Shown here piece by piece: positions 28,639 through 38,190 of a stretch of DNA of 64,000 nucleotides (the first letter of the stretch is position 1; each line of letters starts with the position of its first letter). This DNA is from an uncultured virus (IMG/VR IMGVR_UViG_3300012041_000001) (lineage: Duplodnaviria > Heunggongvirae > Uroviricota > Caudoviricetes), in IMG/VR virus record IMGVR_UViG_3300012041_000001; one strand, 5' to 3'. Position numbers and translations under genes: made by a program. Under the pieces are notes generated by a model that had not been told where the DNA came from, made no database searches, and saw only the letters and a program-made list of their open reading frames with translations.

Positions 28639-31600
28639 TGGGATGGTTAGATGACATAGAAAAAGCACAAAGTGGTAAAACTCAGAAGAAAGTACTTCCT
28701 ACAAGAGGACCTACATTTAGAGACATAAATGAAAATGTGGCTGTGCAGGCTGCCAAGATGTTTGATCCAACAGGAATATCTTCTTGGCCAGATGTTTACT
28801 ATGCAGCAAAAGATTATAAAGAAGGTAAAGGCTCTTTAGGAAATCTTGCTATGAATGTTTTTGGAGCTTTACCTGTAGTTGGTAAAGTTGGAAGAGCTGC
28901 CAGTGCTGCCAGTAAACTAAGCAAAGCTCTTAGTAAGGTATCTAAAGTAGAAAAAGCCTTAGATAAAGTAGAAAAAGTTGCTCCTGGAATAGCAAAAGTA
29001 GTTGGTAATATAGGAGGAGATATTGCTAAGCATTCTAGAGGAAAAAAAGTAAATCCTATTGGAATAGCAGCAAAGGCTGTAGGTAAAGTTGGAGAGGGTG
29101 TGGTAAAAGCAGATGCAGCAACCAGAAAAGTTACAGGAAAGGTATTGTCTAAACTTTCTTCTTCTCCTATAGCTGGTCAAGCTACAGATTTGACAACATC
29201 TCTTTTAAATACTGCAAATACAGTATCAGATATAAGTGCAATAGCAACTGCTCCTGGAATGGATAAAACTATTTATTATAATACAGATCCCAAACGTGGT
29301 GAGGTAGAAAAACCTGGTCAGATAGCTGGTGCCAGATATATTCCTGTTAGCAATTCTGAACAACTTGCCAAATGGAAACAACAGAAAATGGAATCAGGAG
29401 GAAAATTTGATGGACTTACCAATAAGGGTTTCAATTATAATGGAGCCTGGGGAGGTCCTGCTCAAGGAGGAAAGAAAGTTAAACCTCTCGTAGTAACATC
29501 TGAAAATGATCCAAGATATAAATCTTATCAAGATAGTTTAAGATTGTATAATTTTTCAGAAAGAGCCAATAAGAATTTACCTGAACAAAATGTATCTCCT
29601 TTAAATAAAGATATGAAAGAAAGTTGGGAATATTCTTCAATAAAACCAATAGGACAAAAAAAGAATAAACAAACACATTATAAAGGAGAAACAGTATATC
29701 CTGTATTTAAAGAACCTCAACAACCTGTAGTTGTAAAATCATCTACAACAAAAAAACAAACTACTACTAAGAAAGCAGATGCTACCAATTCTGGTTATAC
29801 TTTACAACATGATGGTTCTAAGTATTATGATCTAAGTATACCAAAAGGAAAAATGACAGTAGAAGTGATAGATCCTGATACAGGAGATAGAAGTATAAAA
29901 TTTGTAGATCAACCATCAGAAAAAAGAGCTAAAGTAAAACCTATTCAAAAAAGTATAACTCCAGTAGGAATACAATCTGATTTTGAATTAGAAGCAGATA
30001 TTCCTAATATACCAACACAAGCTAGATTAGCTAAATACTTTAATATAGATGAAACTAATCAGCCTGCAGGAGGTACAAGTCATACACAATATCAATACTG
30101 GCCTTCAAGAGGAGATACATTAAGAGAAGATCCAAGTTATAAAAGAACTATAACTCCTGTCTATGAATCAGGAGGTAGTATGCCAGGTTCTGTAGGATTC
30201 TCCTATGCAAGAGATGGTGCTCCTTCCAATGGTAAGAATGCCAAGAAGACTTTACCTTCTGCTCAAGATGGTATTAAGAGAAGTGATCCTAGATATGAGG
30301 AACTTTACAAACAAGGAATGGTTCAAAGACCAGAAGCAACTGGGGAACCAGGCGCTGAGTTTTGGGGAGGAGAACTTGATCCTGCAATTGTACCAGCAAG
30401 AGAAAAAGGATTTTGGAGACAATCTATTGAAGCAGCAGCTAAAGAAGCAGATTCACCATTAGGAGCTATTGCTTCTACATTTACATATCCATTAGGTTTA
30501 CTTAAACAAGCAACAATGTATGGACTTACTGGTAAAGTACAGGAACCTTCTGAAGCATTAGGGGTTGAGAATCCTATTGCAGCTCTTGCAACAGATTTAA
30601 TGTTAGATCCTGTAGACATACTAACTGGTGGTGCAGCAGCAATATCTAAAATAGGAAAGTTAGGAAAGCTGAGAAAGTTAGGAGGATTATCTAAATTGGA
30701 TGATATAAGTGATGCTGGAAAAACAGCTGATAAAATACCTTTTGTAACAGAGATAACACCAGAAGACTGGGGTAAATGGCATCCACAGATACCTAATAAC
30801 CCAGATAGATTAGCAGAATATGCTGCAATTGAAGAAGCAACTAAGGATGCAGGTACCTGGATGAAAACTGCTGAAGGAGATATCTTTCCACATCCAAAAG
30901 AATTTTTTGTACAGTCACAGAGTGGAGCTTTCAAAAAAGCTTTTCCTGAAGGATATAATACAACATATAGAGGACTCTCTGGAACAGAAGAACCAACTCT
31001 GGCTCCTGGTAGAAGTATGTTTACTGCAAATAGAGAGCTTGCTGATTTTTATGCTCCTTCTTGGGACAAAGATGTTAATATAACTGGACCAAATCAAACT
31101 GGAATATATAATCTTGTATATCCAAAGACTGAAGGTAATTTATCTTTTGATACTCAAGGCTCTCACTTTATGAAAGTTAATTTAAATCCCACAGCACAAA
31201 CTGATGAACAGATAGATTATAGTATTAACTGGTATCAAGATCTTCTTAGAAAAAGAGAAGAGGCAGTAAGAAGCGCAGTTAGAACTGAGGAAGGAGATTG
31301 GTTATTACCAAGTGGTACTGTAATAGATGATGCTATGTATCATAATATGGGAAAATTGGAATCAAAAAAAATAATGGAACTTGAAGCTATGAAAGGTAGA
31401 GGGGGTGGTTTAGATGTTTCCAATCCAGACTTGCTTGCACAAATGAGAGCAGATTTAGGGGAAAGAACTGTAACAGATGACATTGCTAAATATATGGAAG
31501 ATAAAGATATCAATAACGTAATTATCAAAAATATAGAAGATGGTGCATTTGGTGATGTTAATATAGTAAAACATAAAGAGGGACACTATCTTAAATCAAT

Positions 31601-32027
31601 ATTTGGTAACATAGGTGATTTTGATATGTCTAATCCTAATATATTTAAAAGTATAATAGGTGCAGGAGCTACAGGAGCAGGAACATATGGTGTAATGGGA
31701 GGAGATGAAGTTCCTCAATACAAAAGTGGAGGAGTGATAAAAGATAACATGGGTTTCTGGAATCCAAATAATGAAGGTAAGATAGTAGAGATAGGCAGTA
31801 ATACTATTTCAACGGATGGTATGAGTGGTCCTGTCTATGGAGTATCAGATAAAGGAGATGAGAGAGTCATGTACCCAGGAGAACTTCATGAATTCAAAGG
31901 TAAAAAGGTGAGAGAGAAACAATTACCAATAGCAAAAGATGGTAATCAGTTGACAAAGTTAGATCAATTGACTAACTTTACTAATTATAATACAAAACAA
32001 CCAGGTGGCTGGTTAGATAACCTTTAA
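28638..32027 (+). CDS. ejected cargo/polyvalent protein with pre-toxin-TG-like segment and ART-PolyVal-like ADP-ribosyltransferase domain
   Basis: DPTGISSWPD..GALPVVGK; GTWMK..VQSQSGAFKKAF, YRG, FTANRELADFYA, LKSIFGNIGDFDMSNPNIFKS. Confidence 0.6.
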   Translation: MGWLDDIEKAQSGKTQKKVLPTRGPTFRDINENVAVQAAKMFDPTGISSWPDVYYAAKDYKEGKGSLGNLAMNVFGALPVVGKVGRAASAASKLSKALSKVSKVEKALDKVEKVAPGIAKVVGNIGGDIAKHSRGKKVNPIGIAAKAVGKVGEGVVKADAATRKVTGKVLSKLSSSPIAGQATDLTTSLLNTANTVSDISAIATAPGMDKTIYYNTDPKRGEVEKPGQIAGARYIPVSNSEQLAKWKQQKMESGGKFDGLTNKGFNYNGAWGGPAQGGKKVKPLVVTSENDPRYKSYQDSLRLYNFSERANKNLPEQNVSPLNKDMKESWEYSSIKPIGQKKNKQTHYKGETVYPVFKEPQQPVVVKSSTTKKQTTTKKADATNSGYTLQHDGSKYYDLSIPKGKMTVEVIDPDTGDRSIKFVDQPSEKRAKVKPIQKSITPVGIQSDFELEADIPNIPTQARLAKYFNIDETNQPAGGTSHTQYQYWPSRGDTLREDPSYKRTITPVYESGGSMPGSVGFSYARDGAPSNGKNAKKTLPSAQDGIKRSDPRYEELYKQGMVQRPEATGEPGAEFWGGELDPAIVPAREKGFWRQSIEAAAKEADSPLGAIASTFTYPLGLLKQATMYGLTGKVQEPSEALGVENPIAALATDLMLDPVDILTGGAAAISKIGKLGKLRKLGGLSKLDDISDAGKTADKIPFVTEITPEDWGKWHPQIPNNPDRLAEYAAIEEATKDAGTWMKTAEGDIFPHPKEFFVQSQSGAFKKAFPEGYNTTYRGLSGTEEPTLAPGRSMFTANRELADFYAPSWDKDVNITGPNQTGIYNLVYPKTEGNLSFDTQGSHFMKVNLNPTAQTDEQIDYSINWYQDLLRKREEAVRSAVRTEEGDWLLPSGTVIDDAMYHNMGKLESKKIMELEAMKGRGGGLDVSNPDLLAQMRADLGERTVTDDIAKYMEDKDINNVIIKNIEDGAFGDVNIVKHKEGHYLKSIFGNIGDFDMSNPNIFKSIIGAGATGAGTYGVMGGDEVPQYKSGGVIKDNMGFWNPNNEGKIVEIGSNTISTDGMSGPVYGVSDKGDERVMYPGELHEFKGKKVREKQLPIAKDGNQLTKLDQLTNFTNYNTKQPGGWLDNL

Positions 32028-32031
32028 CGTT

Positions 32032-35000
32032 ATGAAAGCGCAAATATTAAAACATGCAGGAATGACTGAAGCAGAATTTTACAAACAGTTTAAAACTGAA
32101 GGTGATTTCTGGAAAAGTAAGTTAGGAAAGTCTTTCAAGGCTAAGTATGGAGGCATACTTAAAAAAGCTCAAGATGGTGATACCAATAAGAATGGAGTTC
32201 CTGATGTTATGGAAGGATTCTATGGTCCTTATGGTGCACAGGATGATTTCAATAAACAAACAGGTCCAAGTTTAAATTATCAATTTGGTCAACAGCCTTT
32301 TGTTCCTCAGAATCTTCCTCAATCTCCTGCCCAGGATTATAGTACAGGAGCAATGAATAAAAAATATTTTGGAAAGCAAAAACCTTTTGCTACAGGAACT
32401 GCTGGAAGTGAGTGGGCAGAAAGAAATCCTCTTCCTGAAGGTATAAATGAAGACTTAACTAAGGGAGCTTTGGCAGGACAGAAGAGAGCAATGTCTGATA
32501 GGGAGACAGGAGAAATGTTGCAAACTGGTATAGGTGCTATTGATTCAATTGTACAAGCTGGTGAATTAGCTAAGAAAGAAGAAAAAGCATTAGGTTCTGC
32601 CATAGCTTGGGAAAAGATAGCAGGATTAAGTGAACAAGCTTCTATGCCTGATGTAAATGCAAGACAAGATATAGCTGACCAAGCTAAAAGAGAAAGAGAG
32701 GCTTTTATGCGTTCTGTACCAGGAGAAGCTTTCCATACTACTTATGGTGTAGGAACTAATGTTGTTAAATCTGGAGGTAAACTTAAAGCTCAAAATGGAA
32801 GTAACGTTACAGGTATGACAAATATGTATAATACTCCTGATGATCTTTATACTCAATTAGGTTATGATCCTCTAGAGGATGCTGTCTTTTCTCCTTTTAA
32901 TGTAGGTAATCAGAAAGCTTATGCATCAGGAGGAGTATTACCTAAAGCTTTTTGGGGTATGACTGGAGGAATGGGTACAGCTGCTGGTGCTTCTGGAGCT
33001 GGTGCAGGCGCTGGTGCAGGAGGTATGAGTGGTATGGAAAGTATTATGGGTTTATTTGGTGGAGGCCAACAACAAAAAACAAATCCTACTCCACAACAAG
33101 CTAATGCATATTCTGCAGTTGATTCTGCTGATGCTTTATTAAATTCTTCTCAAGGAGTAACTTCCAGTACTATGTATGGAGAAGGAATAGGACAAGCTGT
33201 TGGTATGGTTAATCCATTTTTAGGAAAAGTGGTAGGGATGGGAGCTAAACATATATTAAATAAATTTAATACAAAACCTGAAAAAACACTGGAAGCACAG
33301 AAAAATACAGTAAAGATTGCCCAAAGAATAGGACAAAGAAATCAAAATCTTGATTTCTTAGCCAGAACTGGAACTGCTGAAGATGGTGGAAACCTAACTA
33401 ATCCTAGATTAATAACTCATTTTGGAGAACATACAATGGCTGAGTTGTTAAAACCAGATCCATTGATGGATACATTGCGCTCTGGAGGTAATCTCAAAAC
33501 TAATAAAGTGGGGAATATTGAAACAATTTCAGGAGGGCATCTTGAAGTAATAGGCAAAAATCCTTATTCTGATGGTCCTGCCAGTATGATACATGGACAA
33601 TCTCATGAAGAAAGCAATGGAAAACATACTGGAGTTCTTATGGGTTATGATCAGAAAGCAGAAGGTGGATCTATGGAACCTAGAGTAGAAGCTCAAGGTG
33701 GAGAACCAGTTACACAGATTGGAGATGATGCTGTTATCTTTGGTGATCTTAAGATTAATAAACTCACTGTAGGAGATGATCCAAAATTTAAACCTTTCTT
33801 TGGTATGACCTTTCAAAAGTTTGCTACTAAAATATTTGGAAAAAATAAAGATCTGACAGATAAATTAGCTACTAATACCAAAAAAATAAATGAATTAGAT
33901 CCTAAGACAGCACAAGATAAGTTAACATTTAATTCATTGATGATGAATGATGATGCTTATAATAAGCAACTTGCTGCAAATGATGCTATTATAAGAAGTT
34001 CTTCAGAGTATCAGAATATATTTCTTGGTGTTGCTGAGAATGCAGGAACTAAAGCTGGGGATCTTTCTAGAGGGAAGTTTACTCCTTTGGATAAAGATGA
34101 TGTTGTTACTTCCAAAAGTGGAGGAAGACTTCCTAAAGCTCAATCTTCAGCAGTTGTTGCACCTACCACACCTCCTATAAAATTCAGTCATCAGCCAGTT
34201 AAGCAAGGTAACCTTCCATACAGTGATATAGGGCAACTTTCAAATCCAGATTGGGCAACTAAAGAGAAATACTATGATAGTTGGAGACCTAAAGTATATT
34301 CTGCTTTTGCTGATCCTGCTCGTTTTACCAAAATCCTTAATTATTTATATAATTATAAAGGAGAAGGAGCTGATGCTCTTAAAGGGCAAATGAGAAAACT
34401 TAATAGTCAACAAGCTATACAAGACTTTCTTACCACCCAATCAACTAATGAATTGATTGGGCCTATACATAATATGGTGGATGAAGCAATAACAGCAACA
34501 GAAGAAGTTACTCCATCAACTGTAGCAGCTTCTACTACTCTTAAGCCAGATAAAAATATGGCTGTTACTCCTTATAATAAAACAGGATGGGAAACTATAG
34601 CTGGGCAATTAATGCCTTGGTTAAGAAAACCTCCTGGAGAAGAACTGTTAGGAGATCAGTTAGCAGGAGAGATGTATGCTTTATCTAATAATAAGGAAGA
34701 ACCTGTACAGGCAAGATTCTATCGTCCTCAATTGGATGTGCCTTATGATATAAGTCTTCAGGATCAATTGAATGAGAATCAGGCTGACTTCAATCAGTTA
34801 ACCAGGATAGCAGGTAATAATCCAGAAGCTCTTTCAGCTTTGGCTGCTCAAAAATATTCTGCTAATAGCAAGGTATTGGGAGAACAGTTCAGACTTAATC
34901 AACAGAAGAAAGATCAGGTGTATTCTCAAAACAGACAGATTTTAAATGAGGCTCAAAGATTTAATATTGGTATAGCAGATACACAATATGTTAGACAGGC

Positions 35001-35355
35001 TCAAGCTAAGTCAGCTACTAAAGAGGTTACTCAGGCAGCTCTTAGTTCCATAGCCAGTAAGATAGGTCAAAACAGATTAGAGAACAGAACATTACAAACA
35101 TATGCTAACATGTTCCCTGACTATTCATATGATAAAAACTTTAGAATAAGAAAAACAGGAGCTCCTGTAGACTGGCAGATTGACCAGGGAATTTATACAA
35201 CAGATAAGGAAAAAGATATTACAGATGTTCCAGTAGTTGATGATGAAGGAAAAGTTATACGTTACAGATCAGTTTCTACAAAACCTCCTTTAGCTACTGC
35301 GTCTATAAATAAAGAAAGACATGGTGGTCTGATTAAAGCTTTTAAAAATATCTAA
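32032..35355 (+). CDS. ejected cargo/internal virion protein
   Basis: 1107 aa; Gly-rich hydrophobic segment, GQSHEE..GV..EAQGGE motif, Gln-rich helical C-terminus; crAss cargo position. Confidence 0.6.
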   Translation: MKAQILKHAGMTEAEFYKQFKTEGDFWKSKLGKSFKAKYGGILKKAQDGDTNKNGVPDVMEGFYGPYGAQDDFNKQTGPSLNYQFGQQPFVPQNLPQSPAQDYSTGAMNKKYFGKQKPFATGTAGSEWAERNPLPEGINEDLTKGALAGQKRAMSDRETGEMLQTGIGAIDSIVQAGELAKKEEKALGSAIAWEKIAGLSEQASMPDVNARQDIADQAKREREAFMRSVPGEAFHTTYGVGTNVVKSGGKLKAQNGSNVTGMTNMYNTPDDLYTQLGYDPLEDAVFSPFNVGNQKAYASGGVLPKAFWGMTGGMGTAAGASGAGAGAGAGGMSGMESIMGLFGGGQQQKTNPTPQQANAYSAVDSADALLNSSQGVTSSTMYGEGIGQAVGMVNPFLGKVVGMGAKHILNKFNTKPEKTLEAQKNTVKIAQRIGQRNQNLDFLARTGTAEDGGNLTNPRLITHFGEHTMAELLKPDPLMDTLRSGGNLKTNKVGNIETISGGHLEVIGKNPYSDGPASMIHGQSHEESNGKHTGVLMGYDQKAEGGSMEPRVEAQGGEPVTQIGDDAVIFGDLKINKLTVGDDPKFKPFFGMTFQKFATKIFGKNKDLTDKLATNTKKINELDPKTAQDKLTFNSLMMNDDAYNKQLAANDAIIRSSSEYQNIFLGVAENAGTKAGDLSRGKFTPLDKDDVVTSKSGGRLPKAQSSAVVAPTTPPIKFSHQPVKQGNLPYSDIGQLSNPDWATKEKYYDSWRPKVYSAFADPARFTKILNYLYNYKGEGADALKGQMRKLNSQQAIQDFLTTQSTNELIGPIHNMVDEAITATEEVTPSTVAASTTLKPDKNMAVTPYNKTGWETIAGQLMPWLRKPPGEELLGDQLAGEMYALSNNKEEPVQARFYRPQLDVPYDISLQDQLNENQADFNQLTRIAGNNPEALSALAAQKYSANSKVLGEQFRLNQQKKDQVYSQNRQILNEAQRFNIGIADTQYVRQAQAKSATKEVTQAALSSIASKIGQNRLENRTLQTYANMFPDYSYDKNFRIRKTGAPVDWQIDQGIYTTDKEKDITDVPVVDDEGKVIRYRSVSTKPPLATASINKERHGGLIKAFKNI

Positions 35356-35427
35356 CTAACTTAATTATAAATAATTACTCAGATGGATTATTCCCCTTGC
35401 GAGTAATAACAAATTAAATTAACTTTG
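35353..35427 (+). promoter_or_regulatory. Bacteroidota-type promoter with upstream conserved element (copy 2)
   Basis: TTG (35397-35399), 20 nt spacer, TAACTTTG (35420-35427; exact TAnnTTTG); upstream TAACTAACTTAATTATAAATAAT. Confidence 0.7.
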
Positions 35428-35443
35428 TTAATCAATTAGTATT

Positions 35444-38185
35444 ATGGCTTCATTTACAGATAAAGCACCTCCTACCTTTAACCCCTATATTCAACAGTTA
35501 CCTGTTGAAGCTATGGTTACTGTTGGTATGCATAAACAAAAGGCATACGAGGAAGGTGTACAGAAAATCCAAACCCAGATTGATAATATTGCAGGCCTTG
35601 ATGTTGCTAGAGATGTTGACAAAGCATATCTTCAATCTAAACTTAATCAGCTTGGCAACAGACTACGTACAGTAGCCTCTGGTGATTTTTCCAATTTTCA
35701 GTTAGTTAACTCTGTTGGAGGTATGACTAAGCAGGTTATTAGAGATAAAGGTGTTCAGAATGCGGTGAATTCCACCGCAAAATTGCGAAAAGAACAATCC
35801 TTTATGGAAGAAGAACGTAAAAAAGGAAACTTACATCCTGCTAATGAATATGTTTTCAATAAACAGGCAAGTAATTGGATGGACAGTACTGATGTAATGG
35901 AGGGGTTTAATGCTAAATATGATACACACTTTGATGTTGATAAGTTTATGCGAGAAACTTTTGCTTCACTGGGAAAAGATGGGTTTACTGTAGACCAAAT
36001 CTTTAAGACAGATGGTAATGGTAATAAGATATTCAATCCCAAAACAGGTAGTTATGAATTATCTACTACTATGACCAAACTGAAAAAAGAGGGACTGTTT
36101 CCAGAAAAGGTACAACAAACTATAGACCATATCTTTGCAGACCCACGAGTAAGCAAACAATTACAAATAAATGGACAATATAATTATAGAGGCTCAACCA
36201 ATGAAGAATTGGCTGGTAAATTAATAACAGCAAAAGATACTCAGGTCAATGTTATGGATAAGGGCATCATGGAACTTACCATGAAGAAAAATTTTATTAC
36301 AGATGGTGTTGAAAAAGCTAAACTACAAGTCCAGATTGATCAATTAGTAGAGAATAAACAATCTACTGTTTCTAATTACAATAATCTTATTACCAACATT
36401 GGGGAAAACTCTGATGCTGTAAGAGGTATGCTTTATAAAGCTGAAGAAAGAAACAAGTACAAAGATATGTACACTAGTGTAATTGAAGAAAGAACTGTTC
36501 ATGCTAATCCAGGATGGGATGCTAATTTCAAAATGCAACAGGAAGCTAATGAAATGGCCAGACATCATGATTCAATGACAATGGAGAAAATGAAAATGAA
36601 GCAACAGAAAGAGCTTGCCATATTGGATATGGAAAGTGATTTCAGAATAGCACAGCTTAAAGTTGAAGCAGAAGACAAAGCTAAAGCAGATGCTATGACA
36701 ACTTCTTTTATAGACAGCCCAGAAGGAATAACCTCAGCATTTGAAACAAAAGGAGATGAAGCCTGGAAAGATTATACAGAGAAAAGTGATCAATTGTTTT
36801 TAAAAGCAGGAATAGTAAGTCCTGAAATATTAGCAATCAATAGAGCCAAATATCCTAAGCTAGATGAGGCTGAACTTTTAAAAGTTACCATTAATGGTAT
36901 GGCTAAAAAAGAAGGAAAAAGTCCTGAGTCTTTTAGAGCAGAGAATTATAACACAGCTATGAAAACCCTGTCTCAAAATGCTACAAAACTTAAACCAGAG
37001 ATAGCAGCTTTAGCTACTTCTGTAGCTAACTCAAGAGCAGTTTTTGATAACTATCTTAATGTAAAACAAGATGTTGAAAAGAAATATCCTTTAGCAGCTG
37101 TATCTGATTTAAAACCTTTTGAAGCTACTGTGTATACTGGAGCTTTAGATACAAAAGGTAAAAAAATAAAACTAACTGTAGAGGACCAAATGAATCTAGC
37201 CTATATTTATAATGATATGGGAAGCTGGTTTAATTCTGATGAAGAAGTGGAAAAAGCAAAAAAAGCTACAGAGAAGTTACAGGATAAAGGCTTTACTCCT
37301 TACATGATAAACTCTTTAAGATATTCATTCAAAAATCCTAGCAGATATGCTATGAAAGCAGCAACAAAAGAGATAGGACAATTTAAAAATTTTGAAGAAT
37401 CTCTTGGAAGCACTGCTACTCAAGACCAAATAGCAAAGAGAGCAGAACTTATAAAAAGCAAATCTGTTTTTAATCCTTCTGTAGCACAATCTATAGATAC
37501 AGGAAAAGAAGGTGAGAATAAAAACTATAGAAAAGCTATGGCTACTTATATAGGAACATATGCTTCTCTAGGACAGAATGAAGCTGTAGGATTTAAAGGT
37601 AATGAAGCTGAGATGTCAGAGATTGCTTTAAATCCTAATAAAGGAAGTATTCAACTTCGTGCAACTAAATCTGATGCCACAGGAGATATAACAAATACTG
37701 CTGTATTCTTTAATGCTTCTGGAGCCCAGGTAGGACAGATGGTTATATCACCAGGTGAAGCTGCTTCTGTAAACTTTTATCCTGACGTTAAATATGCTTC
37801 TCCTCAAAAGAAATATGTAGAAAACAAAATGGCTGTTACTGGTAATAACTCCACTGCTCGTGGAGATGTTGAAGATATGGAAACATATGACTATGGAGAT
37901 GTTGCTTTCAATAAACAAAACTTTCCTCAACTGAAAGGAATGAAGAATGTAGATGTAAAAGCAAACATAAAAGCTGTTGATATTACTAATCAGGATGGAA
38001 CCAAATCTACTCTATTCTATAATTTCTTATATGTTAATGATGGAGCTACTGGAAGCAGATTTATCAAACCATTGGACTCACCTACTACCAGATTGGGAGA
38101 AGCTGTGAATGCTTTGGAAAATCTTCCTCCTCAATATATAACTAAAGTGATTTCTGAGTATAATGCCCAAAAACCAAAAAGATAA
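35444..38185 (+). CDS. ejected cargo/internal virion protein
   Basis: 913 aa, largely helical, directly upstream of the RNAP gene. Confidence 0.6.
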   Translation: MASFTDKAPPTFNPYIQQLPVEAMVTVGMHKQKAYEEGVQKIQTQIDNIAGLDVARDVDKAYLQSKLNQLGNRLRTVASGDFSNFQLVNSVGGMTKQVIRDKGVQNAVNSTAKLRKEQSFMEEERKKGNLHPANEYVFNKQASNWMDSTDVMEGFNAKYDTHFDVDKFMRETFASLGKDGFTVDQIFKTDGNGNKIFNPKTGSYELSTTMTKLKKEGLFPEKVQQTIDHIFADPRVSKQLQINGQYNYRGSTNEELAGKLITAKDTQVNVMDKGIMELTMKKNFITDGVEKAKLQVQIDQLVENKQSTVSNYNNLITNIGENSDAVRGMLYKAEERNKYKDMYTSVIEERTVHANPGWDANFKMQQEANEMARHHDSMTMEKMKMKQQKELAILDMESDFRIAQLKVEAEDKAKADAMTTSFIDSPEGITSAFETKGDEAWKDYTEKSDQLFLKAGIVSPEILAINRAKYPKLDEAELLKVTINGMAKKEGKSPESFRAENYNTAMKTLSQNATKLKPEIAALATSVANSRAVFDNYLNVKQDVEKKYPLAAVSDLKPFEATVYTGALDTKGKKIKLTVEDQMNLAYIYNDMGSWFNSDEEVEKAKKATEKLQDKGFTPYMINSLRYSFKNPSRYAMKAATKEIGQFKNFEESLGSTATQDQIAKRAELIKSKSVFNPSVAQSIDTGKEGENKNYRKAMATYIGTYASLGQNEAVGFKGNEAEMSEIALNPNKGSIQLRATKSDATGDITNTAVFFNASGAQVGQMVISPGEAASVNFYPDVKYASPQKKYVENKMAVTGNNSTARGDVEDMETYDYGDVAFNKQNFPQLKGMKNVDVKANIKAVDITNQDGTKSTLFYNFLYVNDGATGSRFIKPLDSPTTRLGEAVNALENLPPQYITKVISEYNAQKPKR

Positions 38186-38190
38186 TAATC

